Shown here piece after piece: positions 26,452 through 36,812 of a stretch of DNA of 64,000 bases. The position numbers and the translations under genes were made by a program. Position 1 is the stretch's first letter. Every line of letters starts with the position of its first letter. The stretch comes from an uncultured Gammaproteobacteria bacterium (GTDB lineage: Bacteria; Pseudomonadota; Gammaproteobacteria; DRLM01): the NCBI GenBank assembly GCA_947259075.1, contig CAMYKQ010000057.1, forward strand, positions 135,246 to 199,245, read 5' to 3'. The notes under the pieces were generated by a model. The model was given only the letters and a program-made list of their open reading frames with translations. It was not told the DNA's origin and did not search any database.

Positions 26452-29277
26452 TCACATCACGATCAACTCCGGCTCACCGCAATCGCGCAGAATCGCCGCG
26501 CGCGCCTGCTCGCGCAACTCGACTGCCGCGCGCCAATCGGTCCCGTCCGCGCGCAGCGGCGCGGCAATGCTCACCGTCACCGCCCCGCGCCGCGGGCGCC
26601 ACGAACCGGACGGCAGCACGGCGCGCGTGCCGCGCAAGGCTACCGGCATCACCTCGACGCCGGCGCGCGCCGCCGCGACGAAGGCGCCCATGCGAAACGG
26701 CCGCAGCCCCGGCGCGACGCCGAAGGTGCCTTCGGGGAAAAACAGCAGGCTGTGACCCGCACGCACTTTTTCCTCCAAACGATTGGCGGCGGCGGCGCTT
26801 TGCTGGGTATCGAAACGCTCGACGAATTCACAACCGATACGGCGCAGACACCAGCCCAGCAGCGGCCGCGCCGCCAACTCTTGTTTGGTGACGTAGTGCA
26901 AACCCAGCGGCAGGGCCGCCACCAAAATCAGCGCGTCGATATAACTGGCGTGATTGGCCACCACGATGCGCGTCGCCTCCGCGGCGAAATGCGCCTCGCC
27001 GCTCACGCTGAGACGGATGCCCGCGCAACGCGCGGCGATGCGCGCCGCCTGTTTGCAGCTATTCTGCCGCGCCCGCAGCGTGGGCAATACGGCCACGCCC
27101 GTTATCGCGATCAGCGCCCCGATTAAAAACACCAGCCACACATAGGCCGCGTACACAGCGCTCAGGGTTTGCGCGGCGCCCCGCCGCAGCGCGACACCAG
27201 CAGCGGCGGCGGCCAAAGTCAAACGTGGGCGCCACGGCGCCGCGGCGGCGTCTTCATCGCCGCGTTCGTAACGTTGGCGCGTCGCGTCGCGGCGCACCTT
27301 GCCGCTGGAGGTTTTCAGCACCGTGCGCGGCGGCGCCAGCACCACTTCGTCGGGCGGATTGCCGATGACGGCGATCACCGCCTCGTTGATGGCGGCGCGC
27401 AATTGCGCGCGCTGATCGCCGCGGGTCTCGCGGGTCTCGGCGAGAACGACTAAACGCTCGGTGCCCAAACTCGCGTCGCGGCTGGCGAAGGCCGCCACGC
27501 CGCCTTCGCGCACGCCGGGGAGGGCGCCCACCGCCGCCTCTAATTCGTAGGGATAAATATTGTGGCCGCCGCGGATGATGATGTCTTTGACTCGCCCGGT
27601 GATGAACAACTCGCCGCCGCTCATGTAGCCGCGGTCGCCCGAATCCAGCCACTCGCCGTGTATTAAGCGCGCGGTGGCCTTGGGATTGCGGAAGTAACCC
27701 TGACACGACGACGGTCCGCGAAATTGCACCCGCCCTTCGCGGCGCTCTTCGCAAAGCCGGTCGCGCTCATCGGCGATGCGCAGCGCGTGGCCGGGCAACG
27801 CGCGGCCGCAGGCGACGAAGCAGGCCGTGTCGGCGGCGGGCGTGGTGGTTTGCGCCCGCGGCGCGGCGAGGCCGCGGCCGGTCAAGGCCGCGCGGTCGAC
27901 GCAATCGATGAGCGGCTCGCGGCCTAAGGGGGGGAAAGCCAAACCTACCGAGGATTCCGCCAAACCATAAACCGGCGCCATGGTGTTCGAGCGGAAACCG
28001 TAGGGCGCGAAACGTTCGCTGAAACGGCGCAGCGTGTCCGGGCTCACCTGTTCCGCGCCATTGAAGGCCACTCGCCACGAACTCAAATCCAGCCCGGCCA
28101 GTTCCTCATCGGTGATTTTGCTCGCGCACAATTCATAGGCGAAATTGGGCCCCGCCGACAGCGTGCCGCGGTGACGCTGGATGGCCCGCAACCAGCGCGC
28201 CGGCCGCGCCAAAAAGCTCAGCGGCGGCATCAGCACCAAGGGCAGACCGTGATAGAGGCTGCCGAGCCAGGCGCCGATCAAACCCATATCGTGATAAAGC
28301 GGCAGCCAGCTGACGAAGACGTCGTCGCCCGTCACCTCCACCGCCTGGCCCATGGCGCGCACATTGGCCAGCAGATTGGCGTGGGTGAGCATCACCCCTT
28401 TCGGGTCGCCGGTGCTGCCCGAGGTGTATTGCAGCAGCGCCAAATCCGCGCCCGTAAGCCGCGGCCGTTCGCCGCCGCCCGCCACGGACAGCTCGTCCAC
28501 CGTCAGCACCCCGCGCAAGGTCGGGGCCAAAGCCTGCAGCGCCGCCGACAGCGCGCTGATCTCCGGCAAAGTGATCAGCAAGGGTGCCTGGCAATTATTG
28601 AGAATCACCGCTTGGCGCCGCAGATGGGCCTCCGCGGCGGCGCGCCGCACCGGCGGGTAAAGCGGCGCGGGCACGGCCCCCGCCAGCAGGATGCCGAGAA
28701 AGGCCACGAGAAATTCCCGGCTGGTGGGCAGCATCAGCGCCACCGCCTGTCCCGGCGCCACGCCCCGGGCGCGCAGACCCGCCGCCAGCCGCTGCGCCTC
28801 GCCGTACAGGTCTTGATAGCTCAGGGGAAGCGGCGGCTCATCGCCGGAGTAAAGGTAAACATGCACCCGCTCGGGCTCGGCGGCCACATGCCATTCCAGG
28901 GCCTCAACCAGGGTCGCGGCTTGTTCGGGAGCACCCCGGCCCGGTCCGGTAGCGGGGGTGATAATCGCCTCCTCGTCCCCCCTTTCTTCACTGCGTACGG
29001 CAACCGCGATGGCGGAAAGTAAGGCCCGCGCGGTCTCCGCCTCACCTAAAACCGGCTCCGGCAAGCGCACGCCGAAGGCCCGTTCGACCCGCAGCACCAG
29101 CTCGACGCGCGCCAAGCTATCCAAACCCAAATCCCGGTCAAAAACGCTGTTTAACTGCACGGGATGGCTCGTCTGACTGTGTATCTCTCTGACTAAGTTT
29201 TCAATGATTCCAAGAATACGCGCCTCATTGCGCTTCTCCCCCGCCCCATTTAACCCCGCCTCGCTCATGCGCTCCAT
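26452..29277 (-). CDS. tri-domain ACP - fatty acyl-AMP ligase (FAAL) - lysophospholipid acyltransferase (PlsC-like) fusion protein
   Basis: N-terminal PP-binding motif LGLDSLARVEL. AMP-binding core LQYTSGSTGDPKGVMLTHANL with FAAL-like features. TM helices. C-terminal HX4D acyltransferase motif VANHASYID and EGTF/PEGT motif. Confidence 0.8.
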   Translation of the reverse strand: MERMSEAGLNGAGEKRNEARILGIIENLVREIHSQTSHPVQLNSVFDRDLGLDSLARVELVLRVERAFGVRLPEPVLGEAETARALLSAIAVAVRSEERGDEEAIITPATGPGRGAPEQAATLVEALEWHVAAEPERVHVYLYSGDEPPLPLSYQDLYGEAQRLAAGLRARGVAPGQAVALMLPTSREFLVAFLGILLAGAVPAPLYPPVRRAAAEAHLRRQAVILNNCQAPLLITLPEISALSAALQALAPTLRGVLTVDELSVAGGGERPRLTGADLALLQYTSGSTGDPKGVMLTHANLLANVRAMGQAVEVTGDDVFVSWLPLYHDMGLIGAWLGSLYHGLPLVLMPPLSFLARPARWLRAIQRHRGTLSAGPNFAYELCASKITDEELAGLDLSSWRVAFNGAEQVSPDTLRRFSERFAPYGFRSNTMAPVYGLAESSVGLAFPPLGREPLIDCVDRAALTGRGLAAPRAQTTTPAADTACFVACGRALPGHALRIADERDRLCEERREGRVQFRGPSSCQGYFRNPKATARLIHGEWLDSGDRGYMSGGELFITGRVKDIIIRGGHNIYPYELEAAVGALPGVREGGVAAFASRDASLGTERLVVLAETRETRGDQRAQLRAAINEAVIAVIGNPPDEVVLAPPRTVLKTSSGKVRRDATRQRYERGDEDAAAAPWRPRLTLAAAAAGVALRRGAAQTLSAVYAAYVWLVFLIGALIAITGVAVLPTLRARQNSCKQAARIAARCAGIRLSVSGEAHFAAEATRIVVANHASYIDALILVAALPLGLHYVTKQELAARPLLGWCLRRIGCEFVERFDTQQSAAAANRLEEKVRAGHSLLFFPEGTFGVAPGLRPFRMGAFVAAARAGVEVMPVALRGTRAVLPSGSWRPRRGAVTVSIAAPLRADGTDWRAAVELREQARAAILRDCGEPELIVM

Positions 29278-29543
29278 TCCCTTTAACCTTAAATCGTCAA
29301 TAGCCTGGCAGTTAGAACTTTGCCCATGCTAGTATACGAGGCATTAAGCGTTGATCTAAGGAAAACGCCCGGGCAAGGCGGACATTAAAATAGTTATTCA
29401 GCCAGCACCCCGGCCTACTGCAGAATCGGCAGTTCATTCAATAGATTATTCTCAGTCAAGCAGGACTGCGCTGGGAAAGCCTCACGGTAAAGAAAATCAC
29501 GGATGATGCCGCTATAAACATTACCATGCCGCAGGTATAGATC

Positions 29544-31730
29544 ATGATCAAGACCATAATCAACGGCCTACACACTCTTCCCTCTAATACCGTTGGCCAC
29601 TCTTCACGCGCGCTTAAATTGAGCGCCTTACTGCTCGGTTTGCTTGCCGGAACATCAGCTTACGCAGCAACCTATACCGTCAACAACACCAGCGACGGCG
29701 TCGATGCCGCCCCCGGCGACGGCATCTGCGAAACCGCCACCGGTAACAATGTATGTACCTTGCGAGCGGCTATACAGGAATCCAACTCGGGGATCAGCAA
29801 CTCCATCATACTCCCCGCAGGCGAATATCTACTCACCATCGTCGGCAAAGACGAAAACCTATCCGCCACGGGCGATCTGGATATTAAAAAAGATGTCACC
29901 ATCACCGGCGCGGGTCAAACCACCACCATCATCAATGGCAATGGTGGCGTACTAAATGACCGCGTACTTCAGATTTTGGACGGCGCCACGGTGCGTATCT
30001 CCGGCCTCACGATTAAAAACGGTCACATCAGCAGCAGCGTAGGTGGCGGACTAGACAACGCCAATGGCACCACCACCTTGGACAGCGTAACCGTTAGCGA
30101 CAATATAGCGGACAACCCCGGTGAGATCACAGATGCAGGCGCCGGCGGCGGCATTTACAACAGCGGCAAACTCACCTTGACTAGCGTTACCGTGAGGAAT
30201 AACTCTTCTGACACAAATAACATGTCCACAGGCGGCGGCGGCATCTACAACGAAGCCATTCTGGCAATCGAAAACAGCACGATCATGAACAATAGCACCG
30301 TAGGCGCCAGTGCCGGCGGCGGCGGTTTACAAAACACCAACGAGGATCGTGCAGGCCTCAACAACGCCATAGCCACCATCATCAACACCACTTTTTCCGG
30401 TAATAACGCGATCATCGGCGGTGGTATCCGGAATTTATACGGCCAGGTCAATGTGGACCTGAGCGTATTCAATGGCAACCACGCCACCACATCCGGCGGC
30501 GGCATCGACAACTCGGGTGGCGGCATGACCATCAGCCGCAGCACCGTCCGCGATAACACCTCCAGCTTCACCGGCGCTGGCGTATCCAATTTCGCCGCGA
30601 TGAATCTCTCCCACAGCGCGGTTTACGACAACAACGCAAGCCTGCAGGGTGGCGGCATTTACAACACCGGTGATGGCGCTCTGGCCCTGCTCAACACCAC
30701 GGTCACGCGCAACAACGCAACCGAGGGTGGCGGCGTCTACAATCACCGTGAACTGAACGCCACCAATTCCACCCTCTACAACAACACTTCCAGCAAACCC
30801 GGCAGTGAGATCTTCGCCTGCGGCACCAAGGACGAAGACAAAGGATTGACCTGCTCCAATGACAGCAGCAAAGTGAAAAGCAATATCATCAACTCCATCG
30901 TCGGCAATACTACCGGCGCCGCGGCCTGCGGCGGCGATGTCAGCTTGATCATTTCCAAGGGCTACAACATCGACACCGCCAATACCTGCGGCTTCAACCA
31001 AACCAGTGACAGAAGCAACATCACGGGCTCCGCCGTATTCGCTGGCGGTTTCGTCAATAATGGCGGACCCACTTTCACCTATGCCATTCTTAATGGCAGC
31101 CTTGCCCACAACACCGGGGACAACATCAACTGCCCGGTCATCGATCAGCGTTTCAAACTGCGTGACAGCGCCTGCGACATTGGCGCCTACGAAATCAGCA
31201 ACACCGAGGCCACCTTTCAATTAATCGACTTGAATGTCGCGGTCACATCCAATGTCGCCACCTCCGGCGGCAGCCCGCAAGTCACTTTCACCATCACGGT
31301 CATCAACAATGGTCCCAGCCAAGCCACTGGCGTGGTCCTCACCGGTCAACTGCCGCCCTGGGGCAAGATCACCAGCGCCCGGACCAATATCAATGGCAGC
31401 AACTGCACCTCCACCTCGGAAACCGGCTTCCAGTGTACCTTGGGCACCATCAACGCCTACGCCAGCGCCCAAGTCTACATTGTGGTTGCCCCCACCCAAG
31501 CCGGTGAGTTGATACTGGAAGTGGATGCGGTCGCCGATCAAACCGACATCTTCCGTCCCGATAGCGGCAACACCACGTCCGAAACCGTACCCGTAGTCAC
31601 CGGCACCGCCGTCGGCGGCCCCGACGGCGGTAACAATTTCGCCGGTAAGAGCGGCGGCGGCGCAACGGATTGGGCCATCGCCCTATTGCTCTTGGTCCCC
31701 GCGGCGCGGCGCCTTGCGCGGCGATATTAA
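29544..31730 (+). CDS. secreted CSLREA-N-terminal / PMP-repeat (parallel beta-helix) / DUF11 protein with C-terminal TM + Arg-rich sorting-like tail
   Basis: Signal peptide. N-terminal YTVNNTSDGVDAAPGDGICETATGNNVCTLRAAIQESN (CSLREA-type). Many GGGIYN/GGGIDN repeats. DUF11-like C-terminal module. Ends SGGGATDWAIALLLLVPAARRLARRY. Confidence 0.6.
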   Translation: MIKTIINGLHTLPSNTVGHSSRALKLSALLLGLLAGTSAYAATYTVNNTSDGVDAAPGDGICETATGNNVCTLRAAIQESNSGISNSIILPAGEYLLTIVGKDENLSATGDLDIKKDVTITGAGQTTTIINGNGGVLNDRVLQILDGATVRISGLTIKNGHISSSVGGGLDNANGTTTLDSVTVSDNIADNPGEITDAGAGGGIYNSGKLTLTSVTVRNNSSDTNNMSTGGGGIYNEAILAIENSTIMNNSTVGASAGGGGLQNTNEDRAGLNNAIATIINTTFSGNNAIIGGGIRNLYGQVNVDLSVFNGNHATTSGGGIDNSGGGMTISRSTVRDNTSSFTGAGVSNFAAMNLSHSAVYDNNASLQGGGIYNTGDGALALLNTTVTRNNATEGGGVYNHRELNATNSTLYNNTSSKPGSEIFACGTKDEDKGLTCSNDSSKVKSNIINSIVGNTTGAAACGGDVSLIISKGYNIDTANTCGFNQTSDRSNITGSAVFAGGFVNNGGPTFTYAILNGSLAHNTGDNINCPVIDQRFKLRDSACDIGAYEISNTEATFQLIDLNVAVTSNVATSGGSPQVTFTITVINNGPSQATGVVLTGQLPPWGKITSARTNINGSNCTSTSETGFQCTLGTINAYASAQVYIVVAPTQAGELILEVDAVADQTDIFRPDSGNTTSETVPVVTGTAVGGPDGGNNFAGKSGGGATDWAIALLLLVPAARRLARRY

Positions 31731-31859
31731 TTTATCCCTTGTTTGACTTAGAACGACGCGCCTTTGGGGCGCGTCGCCGTTTTGGGCCTTTTCTTCGCAC
31801 GCGGCCTTGCCTACACTCACCCTCTCGCATACAACCCTAAAACTCACTTCGACAAATCT

Positions 31860-32726
31860 ATGAATCATCCCTTCGGCAACGTCACGCTACCCCCCGATGC
31901 CAACGACATTCGTGCCGCGGTTCAGCGCGCCCTCATTGAAGATGTGGGCGGCGGCGACCTCACCGCCGCGCTCATCCCCGCCGCCGCCATGGCACGGGCC
32001 ACGGTCATCAGCCGCGAAGAGGCCGTAATCTGCGGCACCGCGTGGTTCGATGAAGTATTCCGCCAAATCGATCCCGCTATCGAAATCGCCTGGCGGGTGC
32101 GCGATGGCGGCCGCGTCCACCCCTCGGAGGTGGTGTGCGGTTTACACGGCCGCGCGCGCGCCCTGCTCACGGGCGAGCGCACCGCCCTCAATTTTCTGCA
32201 AACCCTCTCCGGCACCGCCAGCCGCGCCCATCGCTACGCCGAGTCGGTGGCCGGCACCAAGGCACGCGTGCTCGACACCCGCAAAACCATTCCCGGGTTG
32301 CGCGCCGCGCAAAAATACGCGGTGCGCTGCGGCGGCGGCTACAATCACCGCATGGGCCTCTACGACGCCGTATTAATCAAGGAAAATCACATCGCCGCCG
32401 CGGGCTCCATCGCGCTGGCCGTCACCGCCGCACGCCATCTCTGTCCCGGCAAGGCGGTGGAAGTGGAAGTGGAAAACCTCGATGAATTAGCGCAAGCCCT
32501 GGCAGCGAAGGTCGAAATCGTACTGCTCGACAACTTCGCGCTGGAAGAATTGACACGCGCGGTCAAACTCAATCAAGGCCGCGCCAAACTGGAGGCCTCG
32601 GGCGGGGTGAACCTGAGCACGATACGCGCCATCGCTGATACGGGCGTGGATTACATCTCGGTGGGCGGCATCACCAAAGACCTGCAGGCCGTCGATCTGT
32701 CCATGCGTTTCAGTTCACCGGCGTAG
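31860..32726 (+). CDS. nadC: nicotinate-nucleotide pyrophosphorylase (carboxylating)
   Basis: Start MNHPFGN. Collinear with NadC (QPRTase). The upstream in-frame extension is unlikely to be coding. Confidence 0.9.
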   Translation: MNHPFGNVTLPPDANDIRAAVQRALIEDVGGGDLTAALIPAAAMARATVISREEAVICGTAWFDEVFRQIDPAIEIAWRVRDGGRVHPSEVVCGLHGRARALLTGERTALNFLQTLSGTASRAHRYAESVAGTKARVLDTRKTIPGLRAAQKYAVRCGGGYNHRMGLYDAVLIKENHIAAAGSIALAVTAARHLCPGKAVEVEVENLDELAQALAAKVEIVLLDNFALEELTRAVKLNQGRAKLEASGGVNLSTIRAIADTGVDYISVGGITKDLQAVDLSMRFSSPA

Positions 32727-32730
32727 GCAA

Positions 32731-32760
32731 TGCCGCGCAAAGCGCGGCGACGGCGCGTTT
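32731..32760 (+). terminator. possible terminator hairpin after nadC
   Basis: GCCGCGC-AAA-GCGCGGC perfect stem, with TTTT 9 nt downstream. Weak U-tract. Confidence 0.35.
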
Positions 32761-32839
32761 TAATCACGGGGGTTCACCTGCCGCCCGGCGGCGGGCTAGA
32801 ATGCCCCCCTTTCCTCACGCAATTCATATGAGAGCGGAC

Positions 32840-34543
32840 ATGCGCACATCACAACTGCTTCTAGCCACCGTCAAAGAAACGCCCGCCGACGCGGAGATCA
32901 TCAGCCATCAACTCATGTTACGCGCGGGCATGATCCGCAAACTCGCCGCCGGCCTCTACACCTGGCTGCCGCTGGGTCTGCGGGTGCTGCGCAAGGTGGA
33001 GGCCATCGTGCGCGAGGAAATGAACGCCGCCGGCGCGCAGGAACTATTGATGCCCGCGGTGCAACCGGCCGAACTGTGGCAGGAATCCGGCCGCTGGGAG
33101 CAATACGGCGCCGAACTGCTGCGGCTGCGCGACCGCCATCAACGCGAGTTCTGTTTCGGCCCGACCCACGAAGAGGTCATCACCGACCTCATCCGCCGCG
33201 ATATCCGCAGCTACAAACAGCTGCCCGCCAATTTCTACCAGATCCAAACCAAATTCCGTGACGAGACCCGCCCGCGTTTCGGCGTGATGCGCGCCCGCGA
33301 ATTCCTCATGAAGGACGCATATTCCTTTCATCTCAGCGAGGACTCGCTGCGCGAAACCTATGACGTAATGCATCAAACCTACACGCGCATCTTCACCCGC
33401 TTGGGTCTGGCCTTCCGCGCGGTGCGTGCCGACACCGGCAGCATCGGCGGCAACGCCTCGCATGAATTCCACGTGCTCGCCGATTCCGGCGAGGACGCCA
33501 TCGCCTTCTCCACCAAAAGCGACTACGCCGCCAACGTTGAACTGGCCGAGGCGCTGGCGCCCGCGGCGCCGCGCGCCGCCGCCGCGGCAGCACTCACCAC
33601 CATCGACACACCCAAACAACACAGCATCGAAGAGCTTACCGCCTTTTTAAAAATCCCCGCCGAACGCTGCATCAAAACCTTGCTGGTGCAGGACCGCGAC
33701 GGCGGCGTGGTGGCGCTGGTCTTGCGCGGCGATCATCAACTCAACACCGTCAAAGCGGAAAAACTGCCGCACGTCGCCGCGCCTCTCGCCTTCGCCAGCC
33801 CCGAACAAATCCGCGCCAGCGCGGGCTGCAACGCGGGCTCACTCGGCCCGCGCGGCCTCAAGGTCCCGGTGATCGCCGATCGCGCCGCCGCGCAACTCGC
33901 CGACTTCGTCTGCGGCGCCAACCTTGACGGCCAACACCTCAGCGGCGTCAACTGGGGCCGCGATCTGCCGGAACCCGAGGTGGCCGACATCCGCAATGTG
34001 ATAGAGGGTGATCCCAGCCCCGATGGACACGGCGTGCTCGCGATCAAACGCGGCATCGAAGTCGGTCACATCTTTCAGCTCGGCACCAAGTACAGCATGG
34101 CGATGAACAGCACCTGCCTCGACGAAAATGGCCAAGCGGTGGTAATGACCATGGGTTGTTACGGCATCGGCGTTTCCCGCGTAGTCGCCGCCGCCATCGA
34201 ACAAAATCACGATGCGAACGGCATCATCTGGCCCGCCGCCATCGCACCGTTCCAAGCCGCGATCATTCCCATCAGCATGCATAAATCCACCCGCCTGCAA
34301 GCGGCGTGCGAAACGCTGTACCAGCAACTGCGCGCCGCGGGTATCGACGTACTCCTCGACGACCGCAAGGAACGCGCGGGCGTGATGTTCGCCGATATGG
34401 ATCTCATCGGCATCCCCCATCGCCTGGTGTTAGGCGACCGCGGTTTGGACGCGGGCGAGATCGAATACAAAGGTCGGCGCGATGCTGACAGCCGCATGAT
34501 CCCGCTCAATGGCGTGGTGGATTATCTCAAGCCGATGCTGTGA
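32840..34543 (+). CDS. proS: proline--tRNA ligase
   Basis: Start [35 protein letters not shown] matches the ProS N-terminus. Class II aaRS motifs. Bacterial-type editing insertion. Confidence 0.95.
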   Translation: MRTSQLLLATVKETPADAEIISHQLMLRAGMIRKLAAGLYTWLPLGLRVLRKVEAIVREEMNAAGAQELLMPAVQPAELWQESGRWEQYGAELLRLRDRHQREFCFGPTHEEVITDLIRRDIRSYKQLPANFYQIQTKFRDETRPRFGVMRAREFLMKDAYSFHLSEDSLRETYDVMHQTYTRIFTRLGLAFRAVRADTGSIGGNASHEFHVLADSGEDAIAFSTKSDYAANVELAEALAPAAPRAAAAAALTTIDTPKQHSIEELTAFLKIPAERCIKTLLVQDRDGGVVALVLRGDHQLNTVKAEKLPHVAAPLAFASPEQIRASAGCNAGSLGPRGLKVPVIADRAAAQLADFVCGANLDGQHLSGVNWGRDLPEPEVADIRNVIEGDPSPDGHGVLAIKRGIEVGHIFQLGTKYSMAMNSTCLDENGQAVVMTMGCYGIGVSRVVAAAIEQNHDANGIIWPAAIAPFQAAIIPISMHKSTRLQAACETLYQQLRAAGIDVLLDDRKERAGVMFADMDLIGIPHRLVLGDRGLDAGEIEYKGRRDADSRMIPLNGVVDYLKPML

Positions 34544-34600
34544 CGAACTCAGAAAAAACGGGGCGCGCGCAGTCAGTGGAGAAAAGCATCGTAGTGGTCT

Positions 34601-34637
34601 AAAAAATCTGGCCCGTGCGCTTGTTGCCACGGGCCAG
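34601..34637 (-). terminator. intrinsic terminator for the minus-strand Met-rich protein gene (possibly bidirectional with proS)
   Basis: CTGGCCCGTG...CACGGGCCAG 10-bp stem. U-run on the minus strand (plus-strand AAAAAAT at 34601-34607). Confidence 0.55.
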
Positions 34638-34708
34638 ATCTGCGATTTCAATCGCGCCATCAAAACGAGTCGCGCCCGCCAAGAATCAGCTAGCGCGGCC
34701 TCACCGCA

Positions 34709-35092
34709 TTACATACCCTTTTTATCCTTCATCATCTCTTGATGCTTGTCGCGCATATCCATGCGCTGCTCTTTCATGTCTTGGCGCTTTTCCATCATCT
34801 CTTCATGCTGCTGACCCCTCTTTTTTTCTTTTTCCATGAAGCCGTCGAGCTTACTCATCATTTCACCCAAGCGGGCTTTTTCCGCGTCGGAGGGTTTATG
34901 GTTAAGGTTTCTAATGATGGCCATGGTTTCCTTCATCATGCCTAACACGTCCTGGGTCATTTGCTGGCGCTCGTGCATCATCATCCGCCAATCAGGGTGA
35001 TCACCTTTATCTGTATCGTCACCGGCATTGGCGGGCGCTTGCGCCAATAAAGAAGACATCAGCATGAGTATCAATACGGGAATTTTTTTCAT
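34709..35092 (-). CDS. periplasmic Met/His/Glu/Lys-rich protein (possible Spy/CpxP-like or metal-binding periplasmic protein)
   Basis: Start MKKIPVLIL with AAGGAG RBS 9 nt upstream. Signal peptide ending ANA. Highly charged, Met-rich mature region. Confidence 0.5.
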   Translation of the reverse strand: MKKIPVLILMLMSSLLAQAPANAGDDTDKGDHPDWRMMMHERQQMTQDVLGMMKETMAIIRNLNHKPSDAEKARLGEMMSKLDGFMEKEKKRGQQHEEMMEKRQDMKEQRMDMRDKHQEMMKDKKGM

Positions 35093-35246
35093 CGATGAAA
35101 CTCCTTTTTGCAATTATGAATCGGGCGTCGATGCGGCTATCCGCAACCGGCTCTAATCTAACACGGCTTCGAGTCACGGCAATCCATGTTATGGATTGAT
35201 TCACTCCGTGCTTGTAAAAATTGGAACGAGAACGAATGAAACTCGT

Positions 35247-35516
35247 TTACTCGACTATGAAATCCGGCAATGGTTCCACTTCCACGAGCATGCAGGTCAC
35301 ATCGCTCACTCGCGCCCGCGGCGGGCCTTGCCACAACCAAGCGCAAAACGCATCGACCGCGCCTTGCTCACCGCAGCTCAATACCTCCACCCGGCCATCG
35401 GCAAGATTGCGGGCATAACCGCCCACGCCCAGCTCGCGCGCCTTGCCTTGCGCCGAAGCGCGATAAAATACCCCCTGCACCTGACCCGACACAAAGCACC
35501 GCTTACACACCACCAT
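35247..35516 (-). CDS. acylphosphatase
   Basis: VSGQVQGVFYRASAQ...ELGVGGYARNLADGRVEVL matches the acylphosphatase signatures. Confidence 0.8.
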   Translation of the reverse strand: MVVCKRCFVSGQVQGVFYRASAQGKARELGVGGYARNLADGRVEVLSCGEQGAVDAFCAWLWQGPPRARVSDVTCMLVEVEPLPDFIVE

Positions 35517-35558
35517 GATGTCTCCTCGCCGCGAAAAGTGAGCGTACGGAGAAACACC

Positions 35559-36317
35559 TTAATCAAGCTCGGCGCGCCACGCAAGATCACCGAGCCACGT
35601 GCCGTGATGGATAGACGTGACTGAACCGGCAACGGCAAGGGCGCCGGTGTAGGCGTCCTCCGTTTCCAAATCATGCAAACTCCATTGCGCTTGCATCCCG
35701 CATGCCGCGGCGCGCGCCCGCGCGCCGCTGACATCTACTTCCGTCAACCTCCGCGCCAAACCCATCCCCGTGGCTTTCAGCAAGGCCTCTTTTCTTGTCC
35801 AGTAACGCATCAACGCCCGCAAGCGCAGCGGCGGCGGCAGCGTCCGCCACACCGCGCGTTCACGCGGCGTGCAAATTCGCCGCGCCAGCGTCTCCAAATC
35901 CATCGCATCGTTCAACTGTTCGATGTCGGCACCGATATCACCAACCCGCGTCACCGCCAGCAGCATCCGCTCGCCACTGTGCGCCAGATTGAAATATAAG
36001 GGCGAGTCATCCGCGTCCATCGCTAAGGCGGGTTTGCCCCTGGGACCGTAAATGAAACGCAAACTCCCGCCGTGCCGCCCTAAATAACGGCCTAAGATCT
36101 CACGCACGATGCCACGGCCCGCCACGAAGTCCGCGGATTGCTGCGGATGATTGAAGCGCGCGGCACGCAAACGCTCATCCTCGCTGAGCAAGGCGTCAAA
36201 ATAGGCGCCGCGCACCGCCGCGCGGCGCAAATTACTAAACCAGACATGCACCTCACCCTCGGAACAGTGCAAATTCATCCCGGGAAATAAGGCGGCGCCG
36301 CGCGCGTGCTCAAGCAT
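35559..36317 (-). CDS. 4'-phosphopantetheinyl transferase (Sfp/EntD type)
   Basis: FNLAHSG motif and W/KEAxxK motif (WTRKEALLKATG). Start codon uncertain (36317 or 36278). Confidence 0.8.
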   Translation of the reverse strand: MLEHARGAALFPGMNLHCSEGEVHVWFSNLRRAAVRGAYFDALLSEDERLRAARFNHPQQSADFVAGRGIVREILGRYLGRHGGSLRFIYGPRGKPALAMDADDSPLYFNLAHSGERMLLAVTRVGDIGADIEQLNDAMDLETLARRICTPRERAVWRTLPPPLRLRALMRYWTRKEALLKATGMGLARRLTEVDVSGARARAAACGMQAQWSLHDLETEDAYTGALAVAGSVTSIHHGTWLGDLAWRAELD

Positions 36318-36768
36318 TACTCACCGCGCGGTACGCCCCGAGTATGCCGATCAAGCGCGCGATATCACCTTCAACTTGTTTGGCCAACACCTTCTTCAAC
36401 AGGCTGCGGGGAATGATGCCGAAAAAACCACCGGGTTCCGATTCAAAGACCCAATCGATCTGCGTGCTATTACCCAAGGGCGTGAAACGATAACTGCCCT
36501 TGAAAAGCATGGGGCCGCTAAGCGTTTCATAGGCGTAGGTTTGAAATGGCTCGTAGTCGGTCACAATCGAGGTAAAGGGCATATCGCGGCCGAGAAATTG
36601 AAAGCGGATAGCGTATTGCGTGCCCTCACCTATGGGCGCACCCGGTTCATCCAACTCAACTCCCTGACACGAGGCCTGCCAATATTGGTCATTGAGCGGA
36701 TTGCTGATGTAGGAAAAAACAAAATCCACCGGGCTGTTGACGAGATAACTGTATTCCACCTTAATCAT
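36310..36768 (-). CDS. SRPBCC (START/Bet v1-like, polyketide cyclase/dehydrase-type) small protein
   Basis: 152 aa alpha+beta protein of the SRPBCC type. Overlaps the PPTase start by 8 nt (operon). Confidence 0.6.
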   Translation of the reverse strand: MIKVEYSYLVNSPVDFVFSYISNPLNDQYWQASCQGVELDEPGAPIGEGTQYAIRFQFLGRDMPFTSIVTDYEPFQTYAYETLSGPMLFKGSYRFTPLGNSTQIDWVFESEPGGFFGIIPRSLLKKVLAKQVEGDIARLIGILGAYRAVSNA

Positions 36769-36812
36769 GACTGTTCTCCTTTGTGTGTTTTAGTAAGTTA
36801 GTGATGTCTTGT

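Noticed and set aside
26437-26455. Palindrome TGAGCGCG-CGC-CGCGCTCA spanning the convergent stop codons of cupin and the ACP-FAAL-AT gene as a terminator
   Set aside because: No flanking U-tract on either strand, so not called as an intrinsic terminator. Mentioned only in a finding.
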